DNA of 64,000 nt from Longimicrobiales bacterium (GTDB lineage: Bacteria > Gemmatimonadota > Gemmatimonadetes > Longimicrobiales > Gaopeijiaceae). Shown in pieces: positions 49,848 through 63,615 of this stretch. The notes below the pieces were generated by a model, which saw only the letters and a list, made by a program, of their open reading frames with translations, searched no databases and was not told the origin of the DNA. The DNA lies in contig CBDBCF010000001.1 in assembly GCA_965202985.1 (NCBI GenBank), positions 1,024,001 through 1,088,000 on the forward strand. The letters run 5' to 3'. Each line of letters opens with the position of its first letter. Within the stretch, counting starts at the first letter, position 1. Both the position numbers and the translations under genes were made by a program.

Positions 49848-50219
49848 CGATTCCATTCGCAGGAGCCGGTCACCGGAGGATTCGCCTAGTCGCCAGCTGC
49901 CTCCCGAGGGCGCGAACGGCCACTCCCCGGTGCCCCCCTCTCGGCTTCGCCCTTCGGCTTGTCCGTCGAGTAGTGGACGGGCGTCTCCCGTACGACGCCC
50001 GCGGCCAGATCCGCCCCGGTGCCGGACAGGCCAGCGCCGTCTTGCCGTCCTTTCGACTCGGTCGCGGGTTCGCTCTGCCCCGGAATCTACATCGGGACGG
50101 GCTTGGGCGAAGACCGGCGGGCAGAGTGCCACGGCATGACTCGAACCTGCTTCTCGACACGGCGGGCGGCTTCTCCCGGCCGCCTTGACGCGCCCCTCCA
50201 ACTGGCGATCTTCAAGCGT

Positions 50220-51278
50220 ATGGAGACGGTTCGCAAGACGGAGCGCGAGGCGCTCTCGCCGCGGGAACGGATGGTGCTGGAAGCGGTGATCCGCACCTAT
50301 GTGGACACCGCCGAGCCAGCGGGAAGCCGGACGGTGGCGCGCCGCTACGACTTGGGCGTGTCGGCGGCCACGATCCGCAACACCATGGCGGACTTGGAGG
50401 ACGAGGGCTACTTGACCCACCCCCACACCTCCGCGGGCCGCGTGCCCACGGACCAGGGCTACCGCTTCTTCGTGGACCGGGTCGTCCAGCCCGAGCCCTT
50501 GACCGAGGTCGAGAAGGCCCGGATCGAGCGCGAGCTGGCGGCCGGCAAGCCGACCGTGGAGCAGGTCCTTCACAACGCCGCGCGGGCTTTGGGCCTTCTG
50601 GTCAACGAGCTGGGCGTCGGCTCGGTGCCCCAGCTGGACGACGCGCGCCTGGAGAAGATCGACCTGATCCAAGTGTCGTCCAACAAGGTGCTCATGGTGG
50701 CGACCGTGCGGGGCGGCATGGTGCGGACCGTGTACGTGGACATCCCCGGCGAGGCGCCGCCGAACGTCTTGGACGCCCTTCAGCAAGTGCTCAACGAGCG
50801 CTTGGCCGGGCTCACCTTCGCCGAGCTGCGCACCTCGTTCGGGGCTCGGCTCCGGGACGCGGTGGCGGACTCGGCGGCCCAGGACGTGCTGAACATCTTC
50901 ATCGAGTCCAGCGACGACTTCTTCGGCCCCGACGCCGGTTCCGCCGATCAGGTCGTGCTTGGACGCACGTCGACGCTGGCGTCGCAGCCCGAGTTCGCCA
51001 CCAGCGAGCGCCTCAAGGACCTGATCGCGCTCACCGAGCGGAAGGAGCTGCTTGCCAGCGTGCTGGGCAACCGCGCCGCGAGCGGCGGTCCCTTCGTGAC
51101 GATCGGCGACGAGCACGCCCCCGAGCTGGCGGGCTTCACGCTGGTCACGTCGGGGTACCGGCTGGGCCGGTTGCGGGGGATCGTGGGCGTCATGGGGCCG
51201 ACGCGGATGCCCTACGAGAAGGTGATCGCGATCGTGGACTACACGTCGTCGCTGGTGACCAGAATGCTGGAGCCCTGA
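50220..51278 (+). CDS. hrcA: Heat-inducible transcription repressor
   Basis: [39 protein letters not shown]. Confidence 0.96.
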   Translation: METVRKTEREALSPRERMVLEAVIRTYVDTAEPAGSRTVARRYDLGVSAATIRNTMADLEDEGYLTHPHTSAGRVPTDQGYRFFVDRVVQPEPLTEVEKARIERELAAGKPTVEQVLHNAARALGLLVNELGVGSVPQLDDARLEKIDLIQVSSNKVLMVATVRGGMVRTVYVDIPGEAPPNVLDALQQVLNERLAGLTFAELRTSFGARLRDAVADSAAQDVLNIFIESSDDFFGPDAGSADQVVLGRTSTLASQPEFATSERLKDLIALTERKELLASVLGNRAASGGPFVTIGDEHAPELAGFTLVTSGYRLGRLRGIVGVMGPTRMPYEKVIAIVDYTSSLVTRMLEP

Positions 51279-51294
51279 CGGCTTCGGAGCGCTG

Positions 51295-52419
51295 ATGGGC
51301 GACTACTACGAACGACTGGGCCTGTCCCGGGACGCCGGCCCGGAAGAGATCAAGAGGGCGTACCGCAAGGTGGCGCTCAAGTACCATCCGGACCGCAACG
51401 AGGGCTCCAAGGAGGCCGAAGCGCGCTTCAAGGAGGTGACCGAGGCGTACGAGGTGCTGCGGGACCCGAACAAGCGGGAGCGCTACGACCGCTACGGGGC
51501 GGAGGGCTTGCGGGGCCGGGCGGGGGGTGCCGGCTTCGACTTCTCGGACGCGCTGAGCGTGTTCATGCGGGACTTCGGCGGGTTCGGCGGACTGGAGGAC
51601 CTGTTCGGCGGTCGGCGACGGCGCAACGAGCAGCGCCTGCAGATCACCCTGCCGCTCACGCTGTCCGAGGTCCGCGCGGGCGTGACCAAGACCGTGCAGG
51701 TGGCGGTGCTCGACCTTTGTTCCTCCTGTCGCGGCACCGGCGTGCGCGACGGCGGCCGGCCCTCGGCGTGCCCCTCCTGTCGCGGCTCGGGGCAGGAGCG
51801 CCGGGTCGAGCGCTCGGTCTTCGGCCAGTTCGTGAGCGTGGGACCGTGCTCCCGCTGCCGCGGCCAGGGCTCGGTGATCACCGACCAGTGCCGCGCCTGC
51901 CACGGCGAGGGCCGCACTCGCAAGACCCGCAAGGTGAGGGTTCGCGTGCCGCCCGGCGTTTCCACGGAGAACTTCATCACCCTGCGGGGCGAAGGGAACG
52001 CCGGCCCTCGCGGAGGCCCGCGCGGCGACATCGTGGTCCTGCTGGACGTGAAGGAGGACCCCCGCTTCCGCCGCGACGGGAACGACCTGGTCGCCGAGCT
52101 GCCGATCACGTTCAGCCAAGCCGCCCTGGGTGCGCGGGTCAAGGTCCCCACCGTGGACGGCGAAGCGGAGATCGACGTGCCGCCCGGCACCCAGAGCGGC
52201 GCCGTCATCCCCGTTCGGGGCGAGGGCCTTCCCGACGTGCACGGCCGCGGCCACGGCGACCTCCATGTGCAGGTGGCCGTGTGGGTCCCCAGCCACCTCA
52301 CGCCCGAGCAGGAGAAGGCCGTCCGCGCGCTGGGCGACTTGGAGGACGCCGCCCCGGCCGAGATCGACGGGGACGCGTCCCGCGGCTTCTGGTCGCGCGT
52401 GAAGGAGGCGCTGGGCTGA
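51295..52419 (+). CDS. dnaJ: Chaperone DnaJ
   Basis: J domain with HPD, G/F region, four CxxCxGxG repeats. Confidence 0.97.
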   Translation: MGDYYERLGLSRDAGPEEIKRAYRKVALKYHPDRNEGSKEAEARFKEVTEAYEVLRDPNKRERYDRYGAEGLRGRAGGAGFDFSDALSVFMRDFGGFGGLEDLFGGRRRRNEQRLQITLPLTLSEVRAGVTKTVQVAVLDLCSSCRGTGVRDGGRPSACPSCRGSGQERRVERSVFGQFVSVGPCSRCRGQGSVITDQCRACHGEGRTRKTRKVRVRVPPGVSTENFITLRGEGNAGPRGGPRGDIVVLLDVKEDPRFRRDGNDLVAELPITFSQAALGARVKVPTVDGEAEIDVPPGTQSGAVIPVRGEGLPDVHGRGHGDLHVQVAVWVPSHLTPEQEKAVRALGDLEDAAPAEIDGDASRGFWSRVKEALG

Positions 52420-52424
52420 GAACG

Positions 52425-52459
52425 GCCGCGGGGGCGCGGCGGCCCGGCGGAAAGCCGCC
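52425..52459. terminator. Two GC hairpins between convergent genes, possible bidirectional terminator
   Basis: GCCGCG-GGGG-CGCGGC and GGCGG-AAAG-CCGCC; no U tract. Confidence 0.35.
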
Positions 52460-53920
52460 CTACCGCGTGTAGATCAGCAGGACGCCGTTGGCGCCGCGCT
52501 GGCCGTAGAGCAGGCCGGCCTCCAGGGGCGAGATGAACTGCATCGACTTGATGTCCTGGGGGTTCACCTCGAGCAGGAAGAAGGCGGCGTCGCTTCCCGC
52601 CGGGGCGTCGTTGATCCGCACGTCCACCATGTTGCAGGCGTTGGAGTTGCCGCCGGCGCGGGCGCGGGCCATCTCCACGCAGACGCCCATCCGCGGATTG
52701 CCGAAGGCGTCGGACATGTAGCGCTCGGTGATCGTCACGCCGGGCGTGCGGGCCGCGCGGGCCAGCGTGGCGAAGTCGAAGACCCGGGGCGCGATCGAGT
52801 CCACCTGCGCCTCGGTCAGCCCCGAGAAGCGGGTGCCGGGGGTCGTCAGCACCAAGTCGCGGCGGCGGCCCGTCACCACCAGCGGCTCCAGCACGATCGC
52901 CTCGGTGGAGAGGGCGATCTCCAGTCCCAGCGCCTCTCGGCTGAAGACGGTCAGCGAATCCACCCGCGGGGCGTAGCCCAGCATCTCCGTTTGGACGACC
53001 TGCCGACCGGGCGGCACGCCGACGAAGCCGAACTGGCCCGCCGTGTCCGTGAAGGTGAGGTACTCGGTGCCCGCCAAGCGGACCTGCGCGCCGATCAGCG
53101 GCGCCTCGGTGGCCCAGTCGTGAACGGTCCCGGCAATGCTGACCGGTTCGGAGATCGAGATCACCAAGTCGAGCACCTGCGGCCCCCGCCGGACGACCTC
53201 TACGGGCAGCGCCCGGTTGGACCCGAAGACAGCCTGGATCGTGATGCCCGACCCCATCTCCAGGTTGCACAGCCGGTAGTCGCCCGCGTCCTCGGCAACC
53301 GACTCGACCAACACTCGGGGACGCCGCAGCACGCCCGTCGGTTCGCCCAGCACGGCCACCCTGGCGCCCGGCAGCGGCACCCCCGTCAGCGCGTCGGTCA
53401 CGACGCCGCCCACCGAGGTGTCGCCCGCGCCGGGCTCGCCCGAGCACCACGCCCCCAGGATCGTGGCCCTCGAAGGCACCGACAGGTAGACCTCCGCCAC
53501 CGTTCGGTCGGACACCAAGATCCGCTGCTGGGAGCCGTTCACGCCCAGTGCGCCCAGCCGGGGGTGGAAGAACGACACCACGCGCTCGCCGGCGGGGACC
53601 CCTTCCAGGCGGAACTGCCCGTCCGGGCCGGTCTCGGCCATGGCGGAGGTGCCCAGGATCGCCACGCGGGCGCTGGCCAAGGGGGCGCTCGAGGTGCTGT
53701 CGTACACCAGCCCCACGACGGTGCCGACCGTCTCCTCCTGGCCGGACGCGGGGGCGAACGCCGCCAGCACGGCCAAAAGCGGCAGGGCCGGGGCGAGCGC
53801 GGTCGCGCAGCGGAGGCGAAGGCGAAGGCGGGCGCTGGCTGGGCCTGGCCGACGACCCCGAGCGGCAGGCAGTGACGCGGCCGGGGTTCGGAAACGGGAG
53901 CGGGCGTTCGTGGCGTTCAT
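52460..53920 (-). CDS. Exported protein with three carboxypeptidase-regulatory-like domains and a C-terminal TonB-plug-like region
   Basis: Three G.V.D..T..PL.GA.V repeats; C-terminal IKSMQFI...YGQRGANGVLLIYTR; signal peptide. Confidence 0.78.
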   Translation of the reverse strand: MNATNARSRFRTPAASLPAARGRRPGPASARLRLRLRCATALAPALPLLAVLAAFAPASGQEETVGTVVGLVYDSTSSAPLASARVAILGTSAMAETGPDGQFRLEGVPAGERVVSFFHPRLGALGVNGSQQRILVSDRTVAEVYLSVPSRATILGAWCSGEPGAGDTSVGGVVTDALTGVPLPGARVAVLGEPTGVLRRPRVLVESVAEDAGDYRLCNLEMGSGITIQAVFGSNRALPVEVVRRGPQVLDLVISISEPVSIAGTVHDWATEAPLIGAQVRLAGTEYLTFTDTAGQFGFVGVPPGRQVVQTEMLGYAPRVDSLTVFSREALGLEIALSTEAIVLEPLVVTGRRRDLVLTTPGTRFSGLTEAQVDSIAPRVFDFATLARAARTPGVTITERYMSDAFGNPRMGVCVEMARARAGGNSNACNMVDVRINDAPAGSDAAFFLLEVNPQDIKSMQFISPLEAGLLYGQRGANGVLLIYTR

Positions 53921-54007
53921 GTCCTATCATACGTTCCAAGAAATCGATCGTTGCGCAAGTATATTTCGGGCGGCGTGCGCCGCGCGGGCGCGCCCGGGGG
54001 AGACGCC

Positions 54008-54742
54008 GTGGCCGGACACAGCAAGTGGGCGCAGATCAAGCGGAAGAAGGCGGCCAACGACCAGAAGCGGGGCCAAGTCTTCACCAAGCTGATCCGGGAG
54101 CTGACGGTGGCGGCCCGGGAGGGCGGCGGCGACCCGAACTTCAACCCGCGCCTGCGCCTCGCGGTGGACACGGCCAAGGCCGCCAACATGCCGCAGGACA
54201 ACATCGACCGCGCGATCAAACGGGGGACGGGCGAGCTCGAGGGCGTTTCCTACGAGGAGATCGCGTACGAGGGGTACGGCCCCGGCGGCGTGGCGCTGTA
54301 CATCGAGACGCTGACGGACAACCAGAAGCGGACGGTGGCGGCGGTGCGCCACATCTTGGACAAGAACGGCGGCAACTTGGGGACCGCCGGGTCGGTGGCG
54401 TGGCAGTTCGACCGCAAGGGCATGATCTGCGTGAGCGCGACGGACGCGGAAGAGGACGCGGTCTTCGAGGCGGCGGCAGAGGCGGGCGCCGACGACGTGA
54501 CGCTCCAGGCCGGCGAGTACGTGGTGACCACGAAGCCGGGCGACCTGCACGGGGTGCGACGGATGCTGGACGCGGCGGGGATGCCCCCGGCGTCGGCCCA
54601 GCTGGTGATGGTGGCCAAGAACGACGTGGCCGTGACGGGGCGCGAGGGCGTGCGGCTTCTCAAGCTGCTGGAGGCCCTGGACGACCACGAGGATGTGCAG
54701 CAGGTCCACTCGAACGCCGATCTGGACGAGAGTCTGCTGTGA
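54008..54742 (+). CDS. yebC: YebC/PmpR family protein
   Basis: AGHSKWAQIK, NPRLR, YEGYGPGG, TDN, DVQ.V.SN. Confidence 0.96.
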   Translation: MAGHSKWAQIKRKKAANDQKRGQVFTKLIRELTVAAREGGGDPNFNPRLRLAVDTAKAANMPQDNIDRAIKRGTGELEGVSYEEIAYEGYGPGGVALYIETLTDNQKRTVAAVRHILDKNGGNLGTAGSVAWQFDRKGMICVSATDAEEDAVFEAAAEAGADDVTLQAGEYVVTTKPGDLHGVRRMLDAAGMPPASAQLVMVAKNDVAVTGREGVRLLKLLEALDDHEDVQQVHSNADLDESLL

Positions 54743-55356
54743 GCCCAGGGACCGGCGCGGGGCCGGCGTCCTTGGGCGGGACCGGCGCGCACGCCGGCGC
54801 GGCAGCGGCGCCGTTGGGCGAAGGCGACGCGAACACCGGCTGCGGCGGCGGCGAAGTCGGACCGCCGGTGGGCGCCCGGGTGCTCCTGGGCGTGGACCCG
54901 GGGACCGCTGTCACGGGGTTCGGCGTGGTTCGCGTAGATCGGCGGCGACGGGCGGCGCTCTTGCAGTGCGGGGTTGTGCGCACGTCGGCCGGGGCGGCGC
55001 TGTCCGTCCGGCTTCGGCAGATCCACGAGGCCATGGCGGAGCTGCTGGCCGAGTTTCGCCCCGTCGCCATGTCGATCGAGAACGTCTTCCAGGGCAAGAA
55101 CGCGCGGTCGGCGCTGACGCTGGGGCACGCCCGGGGCGTGATCATACTGGCCGCGGCGCTCGAGGACGTGAAGGTATTCGAGTACGCGCCCCGCGAGATC
55201 AAGCGAGCCGTTGCGGGGACGGGCTCCGCCACGAAGGACCAGGTCGCATACATGGTGCAGCGCCACCTGCGACTTCGCTCCGCACCCCGGCCCGCCGACG
55301 CGGCCGACGGGGTGGCCGCCGCCCTTTGCCACGGCTTGAAGGGCGCTCTGCCGTGA
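54739..55356 (+). CDS. ruvC: Holliday junction resolvase (N-terminal extension; start uncertain)
   Basis: LGVDPG, IENVF, LGHARG, EYAP..IK, K.QV, DAAD. Confidence 0.93.
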   Translation: MSPGTGAGPASLGGTGAHAGAAAAPLGEGDANTGCGGGEVGPPVGARVLLGVDPGTAVTGFGVVRVDRRRRAALLQCGVVRTSAGAALSVRLRQIHEAMAELLAEFRPVAMSIENVFQGKNARSALTLGHARGVIILAAALEDVKVFEYAPREIKRAVAGTGSATKDQVAYMVQRHLRLRSAPRPADAADGVAAALCHGLKGALP

Positions 55357-55967
55357 TCAGCCGGGTCCAGGGCCGTCTGCTGGAGGCGGAGGACGGGCGG
55401 CTGGAGGTGCTGACCCGCGCCGGGGTCGCATACGAAGTGCACGTGCCGCTGACGGTGTTGCAGCGCCTGCCGGGCCAGGGAGCGGACGTGGACTTGCGGA
55501 CGGTTCTCGTGGTCCGGGACGATTCGCAGACGCTGTTCGGTTTCTTGGAGGAGCGCGAGCGGACCCTGTTCAACCGGTTGACGACGGTGCCCAAGGTGGG
55601 CGCCAAGCTGGCCGCGACGATGATGGGCACGTACAGCGCCGGGCGGCTGGCCCAGGCCCTGACGGAGCGCGACGTGAAGGCCCTGACCCGCATCGTCGGC
55701 GTGGGCAAGAAGACGGCCGAGCTGGCCGTGCTTCACTTGGCCGACAAGGTCCAGGACTTGGCGGTCGGCGACGCCGAGACCGGCCCCGAAGCCGCCCGAA
55801 ACCGCGAGGCCGTGGACGCCCTGGTGCGCCTGGGCCTCTCCTTCCCCGACGCCGACGCGGCCGTGCGCGAGGTGGCGGGCGGACCGGGCGGCCCCGAGAC
55901 GGCCGAAGAGGTGATCCGGCAGGTCCTGGCCCGGCGCCCCTCCAGCCGGAGCCGAGCCGCGACGTGA
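55353..55967 (+). CDS. ruvA: Holliday junction branch migration protein RuvA
   Basis: MISRVQG, GVAYEV, VRDD..LFGF, VGAKLA, GVGKKTA. Confidence 0.93.
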   Translation: MISRVQGRLLEAEDGRLEVLTRAGVAYEVHVPLTVLQRLPGQGADVDLRTVLVVRDDSQTLFGFLEERERTLFNRLTTVPKVGAKLAATMMGTYSAGRLAQALTERDVKALTRIVGVGKKTAELAVLHLADKVQDLAVGDAETGPEAARNREAVDALVRLGLSFPDADAAVREVAGGPGGPETAEEVIRQVLARRPSSRSRAAT

Positions 55968-57016
55968 CGACGGGCCGCACCGAGATCACGACGCCCCGGG
56001 CCCTTCCCGACGAGTCCGCCCCCGAGGAATCGCTGCGCCCGGCCAGCCTGTCCGAGTTCGTCGGGCAGGACAAGGTCCGCGAATCCCTTCGCATTGCGGT
56101 CGAAGCGGCCCGCCAGCGCCGCGAGCCGCTGGACCACCTGCTCTTTCACGGGCCGCCGGGGCTGGGCAAGACGACGCTGGCATCGCTCATGGCCCGCGAA
56201 ATGGGGGCCAGCATCAAGACGACCTCGGGACCGGTCCTGGAGAAGCCGGCGGACTTGGTCGGCGCCCTCACCAACCAGCAGCCCGGCGACATCCTCTTCA
56301 TCGACGAGATCCACCGCCTGCGGCCCGTCATCGAAGAGTTCCTGTATCCGGCCATGGAAGACTTCCGAGTCGAGATCCGCCTTTCGGAAGGCCCGAACGC
56401 CCAGACGATGACGATGGCGGTGGAGCCGTTCACCTTGGTGGGCGCGACCACGCGCTTCGGGCTACTGACCGCGCCGATGCGGGCTCGCTTCGGGATCATC
56501 GAGCGGCTGGGCTTCTACTCCCACGACCAGTTGGCGCGGATCGTCGAGCGCAGCGCACGCATTCTGAAGTTGGCGTCCACCGCCGAGGGCGCTCGCGAGC
56601 TGGCGGAGCGCGCCCGCGGAACCCCGCGAGTGGCCAACCGCCTGCTGCGCCGGGTACGCGACTACGCCCAGGTTCGGGCCGACGGCGTGCTCGACCGGAA
56701 GGTGGTGCGCGACGCCTTGCAGCTGCTGAACGTGGACGAATACGGGCTGGACAGCATGGACTCGCGCATCCTGTCCACGATCGTGGAGAACTTCGGCGGC
56801 GGTCCGGTCGGGCTGAACTCGCTGGCCGTGGCGATCGGCGAAGACGCGGGCACCATCGAAGAGGTGTACGAGCCCTACCTGATCCAAGAGGGGTTCATGA
56901 TGCGCGGACCTCGCGGGCGAATCGCCACTGCCAAGGCGTACGAGCGCCTGGGGATCGAGCCGCCCCGGCAGGCGGCCGCCGAGGCGGAGCGCGCCCAGGG
57001 GGCTCTCGAGTTCTGA
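55964..57016 (+). CDS. ruvB: Holliday junction helicase RuvB
   Basis: [34 protein letters not shown]. Confidence 0.97.
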   Translation: MTTGRTEITTPRALPDESAPEESLRPASLSEFVGQDKVRESLRIAVEAARQRREPLDHLLFHGPPGLGKTTLASLMAREMGASIKTTSGPVLEKPADLVGALTNQQPGDILFIDEIHRLRPVIEEFLYPAMEDFRVEIRLSEGPNAQTMTMAVEPFTLVGATTRFGLLTAPMRARFGIIERLGFYSHDQLARIVERSARILKLASTAEGARELAERARGTPRVANRLLRRVRDYAQVRADGVLDRKVVRDALQLLNVDEYGLDSMDSRILSTIVENFGGGPVGLNSLAVAIGEDAGTIEEVYEPYLIQEGFMMRGPRGRIATAKAYERLGIEPPRQAAAEAERAQGALEF

Positions 57017-57030
57017 CCTGGTCCCGGGCG

Positions 57031-59733
<2,703 letters not shown>

Positions 59734-59742
59734 CCGTCGCCG

Positions 59743-60276
59743 TTGGCGCGCCTGGAGATCCAGCTCTTGGGCGCTCGGGTGCTTCGGCAGGAAGCCGCTC
59801 CCGTCAAGGAAGTGACGGACGACCTTCGCCGCCTGGCCCGAGACATGTTCGAGACCATGTACCACGCCGAAGGGGTCGGACTGGCGGCGCCCCAGGTCGG
59901 CGTGTCCCAGCGGCTGTTCGTGGTGGACGTGCCCGAGCGCGCCGAGGGCGGGGGCGAGCCGGTGCGCCATGTGCACGCGCTGGTCAACCCCGTGATCGTG
60001 TCGTCCAGCGCCGAGACCGCCAAGGACACGGAAGGCTGCCTGAGCATCCCGGGGTTCGAGGAGTCGGTGACCCGGCCCGCCCAGGTGGTGGTCGAGGCCC
60101 AGTCGCTGGACGGCGCCCCGGTGCGCATCGAGGCGGACGGGATGCTGGCCCGAGTCCTGCAACACGAGGCCGATCACCTGGACGGCATCCTGTTCATCGA
60201 CCGCCTGTCGCCCCTGAAACGAAGCCTGATCCGCAAGAAGTGGCGCAAGAGTCGAGAGACCGGCCGGGACGGGTAG
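59743..60276 (+). CDS. def: Peptide deformylase
   Basis: GVGLAAPQ, EGCLS, QHEADHLDG. Confidence 0.96.
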   Translation: MARLEIQLLGARVLRQEAAPVKEVTDDLRRLARDMFETMYHAEGVGLAAPQVGVSQRLFVVDVPERAEGGGEPVRHVHALVNPVIVSSSAETAKDTEGCLSIPGFEESVTRPAQVVVEAQSLDGAPVRIEADGMLARVLQHEADHLDGILFIDRLSPLKRSLIRKKWRKSRETGRDG

Positions 60277-60349
60277 GCTCCCGCCGCGAAGGCGCGAGGC
60301 CACTGCCCGACACCGGCTCGTCGCGCCGCGCAGGGCTGGACCGCGAGGC

Positions 60350-61333
60350 GTGAGGGTCCTCTTCTGGGGGACGCCGGAGTTCGCGCTGCCCGCACTTCGC
60401 GCGCTGGAGGCGGCTGGGCACGAGGTGGCGGCAGTGGTCACGCGGCCGGACCGCCCCCGGGGCCGAGGCCGCAAGGTGCAACCTTCGCCGGTGAAGCGCT
60501 TCGCCCAGGCTCGGGGCTGGCCCGTGCTTGCGCCCGAGAGCCCGCGAGGGGCCGAGTTCGTGGATTCGCTCCGGGAACTCGCGCCTTGCGTGTCCGTGGT
60601 CGTGGCCTACGGCCGCATCTTGCCCCAGCGCGTGCTGGACCTGCCGGCCCTGGGATCGGTGAACGTGCACGCTTCGCTGCTGCCAGCGCTGCGCGGAGCG
60701 GCGCCCGTGGCGTGGGCGATCGCGCGCGGGCATCGGCGGACAGGCGTGACCGTGATGCGGATGGTGGAAGAGATGGATGCGGGTCCGGTGCTGGCGCGGC
60801 GCGCGCTGCCGATCGAGCCCGACGACACGGGATCGGCGCTGTCCCGGCGGCTGTCGGACGCCGGTGCCCGGTTGCTCGTCGAGACGCTGGACGGGCTGGC
60901 CGCGGGCTCGGTCCCGGAGGAAGAGCAGGACCACACAGCCGCCACCTACGCCCCCAAGGTGGACCGCGCGTCGGCCCGCGTGGACTGGTCCCGAGACGCC
61001 GTCGCCGTGGCCGACCTGATCCGCGCCATGGACGACGCCCCCGGCGCCTGGACGCTGCTGCACGGCCGGCCGGTGAAGGTGTTCGGGGCGGTGGCGGCGG
61101 ATGGGGTTGCGGGCGAACGCGACACCAGCGCTGGCGATGACGCCCCAGCCGGCAGCGCGCCTCCTTTGCCGGGGCGAATTGCGGTTGCGGACCCCCGCCG
61201 GGGCTTGCTCGTACAGGTCGGTGACGGCGCGAGGCTTTGGATTGCCGAAGTCCAGCCGCCGGGCAAGCGCCGCATGGCTGCGACAGATTGGGTGCGGGGC
61301 CGGGGCGTCCGTGCCGGCGAGCACTTCGAGTAG
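60350..61333 (+). CDS. fmt: Methionyl-tRNA formyltransferase
   Basis: GTPEFA, VVAYG, NVHASLLP..RGAAP, MDAG, QPPGKR. Confidence 0.96.
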   Translation: MRVLFWGTPEFALPALRALEAAGHEVAAVVTRPDRPRGRGRKVQPSPVKRFAQARGWPVLAPESPRGAEFVDSLRELAPCVSVVVAYGRILPQRVLDLPALGSVNVHASLLPALRGAAPVAWAIARGHRRTGVTVMRMVEEMDAGPVLARRALPIEPDDTGSALSRRLSDAGARLLVETLDGLAAGSVPEEEQDHTAATYAPKVDRASARVDWSRDAVAVADLIRAMDDAPGAWTLLHGRPVKVFGAVAADGVAGERDTSAGDDAPAGSAPPLPGRIAVADPRRGLLVQVGDGARLWIAEVQPPGKRRMAATDWVRGRGVRAGEHFE

Positions 61334-61337
61334 CGGA

Positions 61338-62042
61338 GTGACGAACCGGCCGTCGGTTCCCCGGCTTCACGTGATCGTGCCGGACCCCTTGCTGGACGAC
61401 CCGGACCATCGGAAGCGCTTGACCCCTGTGCTGGAGGCGGGCGGCAACGCCTTGGCGCTTCAGCTGCGGGCGCGCCGGACGTCCGCTCGAAAGCTCTACG
61501 AGGTGGCCGAATGGCTGATGCGGCACGCGGCAGACGTGGGCGGCACCGGCGTGGGCGGGCGCGACGAATCGGCGCCCCGTGGCCCCGTGGTTCTCGTCAA
61601 CGATCGCCTGGACGTGGCGTTGGCCGCGGGGGCCGGCGGCGTCCATCTGCGGGAGGACTCGATGCCGCCTCTCGATGCACGAGCCCTGGTCGGTCCGTCC
61701 GTGCTGCTGGGTCGTTCGGTGCACTCCGCTGACGCCGTCACGGAGCTTGGCGGCCAGGTGGACTACCTGATCCTGGGCGCCACCCACGCCACCCGTTCGC
61801 ATCCGGGCTGCGCGCCGTTGGGTCCCCAAGCCGTGGCCGCCGCCGCCCGGTCTTCGCCCGCGCCCGTCGTCGCCATCGGCGGGATTACGCCGAGGCGCGC
61901 GGCATCGTTGGTGCGCTCAGGAGTTCACGGCGTTGCGGTCATGAGCGGGATCTGGCGCGCAACCAACCCCGCAGGCGCCGTTGGGCGGCATCTGGACGCG
62001 GTGCGCAACAGCATCGCGGATCGAAGAAACTGCAAGCGCTGA
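61338..62042 (+). CDS. thiE: Thiamine phosphate synthase / TenI family
   Basis: QLR, VNDRLD, GVHL, GRSVH, T.SH, AIGGI, GVAV. Confidence 0.8.
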   Translation: MTNRPSVPRLHVIVPDPLLDDPDHRKRLTPVLEAGGNALALQLRARRTSARKLYEVAEWLMRHAADVGGTGVGGRDESAPRGPVVLVNDRLDVALAAGAGGVHLREDSMPPLDARALVGPSVLLGRSVHSADAVTELGGQVDYLILGATHATRSHPGCAPLGPQAVAAAARSSPAPVVAIGGITPRRAASLVRSGVHGVAVMSGIWRATNPAGAVGRHLDAVRNSIADRRNCKR

Positions 62043-62061
62043 GCGGCGAGCCGGCGGCGTC

Positions 62062-63615
62062 CTACATCCCCCAGATCGTTACGGTCGCAATGCCGATCCG
62101 TTCGGTTCGACGAAACACTTTCTCTTCCCAACTGCGGTCGGGGCTGCGGTCGAACACTATCAAATGGCCCGATTCGGCGCCGCAGCGATCCATGTACGCC
62201 GCCGTCTGCTCGGCGCCCTTGCGGACGACGGCGTCCAGCCCGTCGCGCGCCCGGCGCAATTTGCACTCGACCACGAACTTGCGAGCAACGCCGGCGTGCC
62301 GCCACAGCACCAGCAGATCGGTGCGCCCGCGTCCAAGGCCATACTCGCGCTCTATGCGTCCGCCGCTGTTGACCACCCTTTGCAAGAAAGCCTGCAACAG
62401 AAGCTGCGGCCAAGCCTCCTGATACAGGAACCGCTCCGACCAGTGTTCCGAGTGTTCGCGAAAGAACTCCTGGAACGCGGCGAGCAACTTGGGCATGTCC
62501 AAGGCGCCGGCGGCGGTCACGTACCACGCCGCGTCTTGCGTCAGCCCCTCCTGGGCGGCCAGGGTCAGCTCGCGGGGCACGACTTCTGCGTAGATGGGGT
62601 TGGCAATGCGCAAGGGGACGTCTTGCGCAACCAGCCCCAAGTCCCGCGCGTACTCCAAGTCCCTTGCGCTGAACTCCTGTTTGTCGCCCCCGCTCAGAAT
62701 CGGTTCGATCACGCGCCTTACGCGTTGTTGACGAAGCTTGTCGGCCAGCTGGTCCAAGTGCGTCTGTCGACGCAAGATGACGCGTTCTTCGGCATCCTCG
62801 ACGTCGACCTCGCGGATCGCGCGCGACCGATCGCGGTCGGCCTCGCCGGCACGACACGCTTCCGATGCAAGGGCGTTGACCAGCCAGGGCTGACCTCGGG
62901 TCCTGTTCCATATCCGCTGCACCGCCGCGGGAGCAAAGTCTTGTCCGGTCTCTTCGACGTGCTGAGCGAGCAGCGCCTCGACCTGACGCCTCGAGAAGTC
63001 GCCCAGGCGCAAGGACGTGGCCATAATGTTGAAGGGGCTTCCGCCGGACTCGATGCGATAGTCGCGCACGTCTCGCAATCCGCACAGGACAATGCTGTGG
63101 GGAAAAGCAGTCGGTCTGCGGTCGTACCCCGAACGCAGCTGGCGAAGCACGGAGAGCAAAGTGTTGCCGACCAGAGAGTCGATTTCGTCGATGAGCACGA
63201 CGAGCGGCTTGTCGGCGTTCGTCGCCCACTGGCTTAGGCAACCGCCCAAGGCGTTCCCGGCGCCGGCCCTGCCAAGGATCGCCGGCCAAGCTTCTTCCAA
63301 GAATCCGTCGCCGGCCTCCTGCGCCCTGGAAGCCAGCTCGTACAGGATCGCTCGCATCGCGGCGTCCACGTCCTCGTGCATGGCCTGTCCCGCCTCGAAG
63401 TTCGCGTAGACGCACTGGTATTCGCCGCCGGCGTTGATCAGGTCTCGAAAGGCCAACAGCACAGTCGTCTTTCCGGACTGCCGAGGAGCGTGGAGAACGA
63501 AGTAGCGCTTGTCGTGCAGAAGACGCACAAGTTCGGCCAAGTCCAGGCGCTCGAGCGGCGGCACGCAGTAATGGTCGGCGGGAACCACGGGGCCGGTCGT
63601 ATTGAAGAAGCGCAT
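62062..63615 (-). CDS. AAA-like P-loop ATPase with C-terminal PD-(D/E)xK nuclease-like domain
   Basis: MRFFNTTGP, APRQSGKTT (Walker A), LIDEID (Walker B), SPFNI, GQPWLVN; REY..GRGRTDL...VECK. Confidence 0.85.
   Translation of the reverse strand: MRFFNTTGPVVPADHYCVPPLERLDLAELVRLLHDKRYFVLHAPRQSGKTTVLLAFRDLINAGGEYQCVYANFEAGQAMHEDVDAAMRAILYELASRAQEAGDGFLEEAWPAILGRAGAGNALGGCLSQWATNADKPLVVLIDEIDSLVGNTLLSVLRQLRSGYDRRPTAFPHSIVLCGLRDVRDYRIESGGSPFNIMATSLRLGDFSRRQVEALLAQHVEETGQDFAPAAVQRIWNRTRGQPWLVNALASEACRAGEADRDRSRAIREVDVEDAEERVILRRQTHLDQLADKLRQQRVRRVIEPILSGGDKQEFSARDLEYARDLGLVAQDVPLRIANPIYAEVVPRELTLAAQEGLTQDAAWYVTAAGALDMPKLLAAFQEFFREHSEHWSERFLYQEAWPQLLLQAFLQRVVNSGGRIEREYGLGRGRTDLLVLWRHAGVARKFVVECKLRRARDGLDAVVRKGAEQTAAYMDRCGAESGHLIVFDRSPDRSWEEKVFRRTERIGIATVTIWGM

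Noticed and set aside
50095..50135. Complete CIRCE operator
   Set aside because: Only the right arm is present
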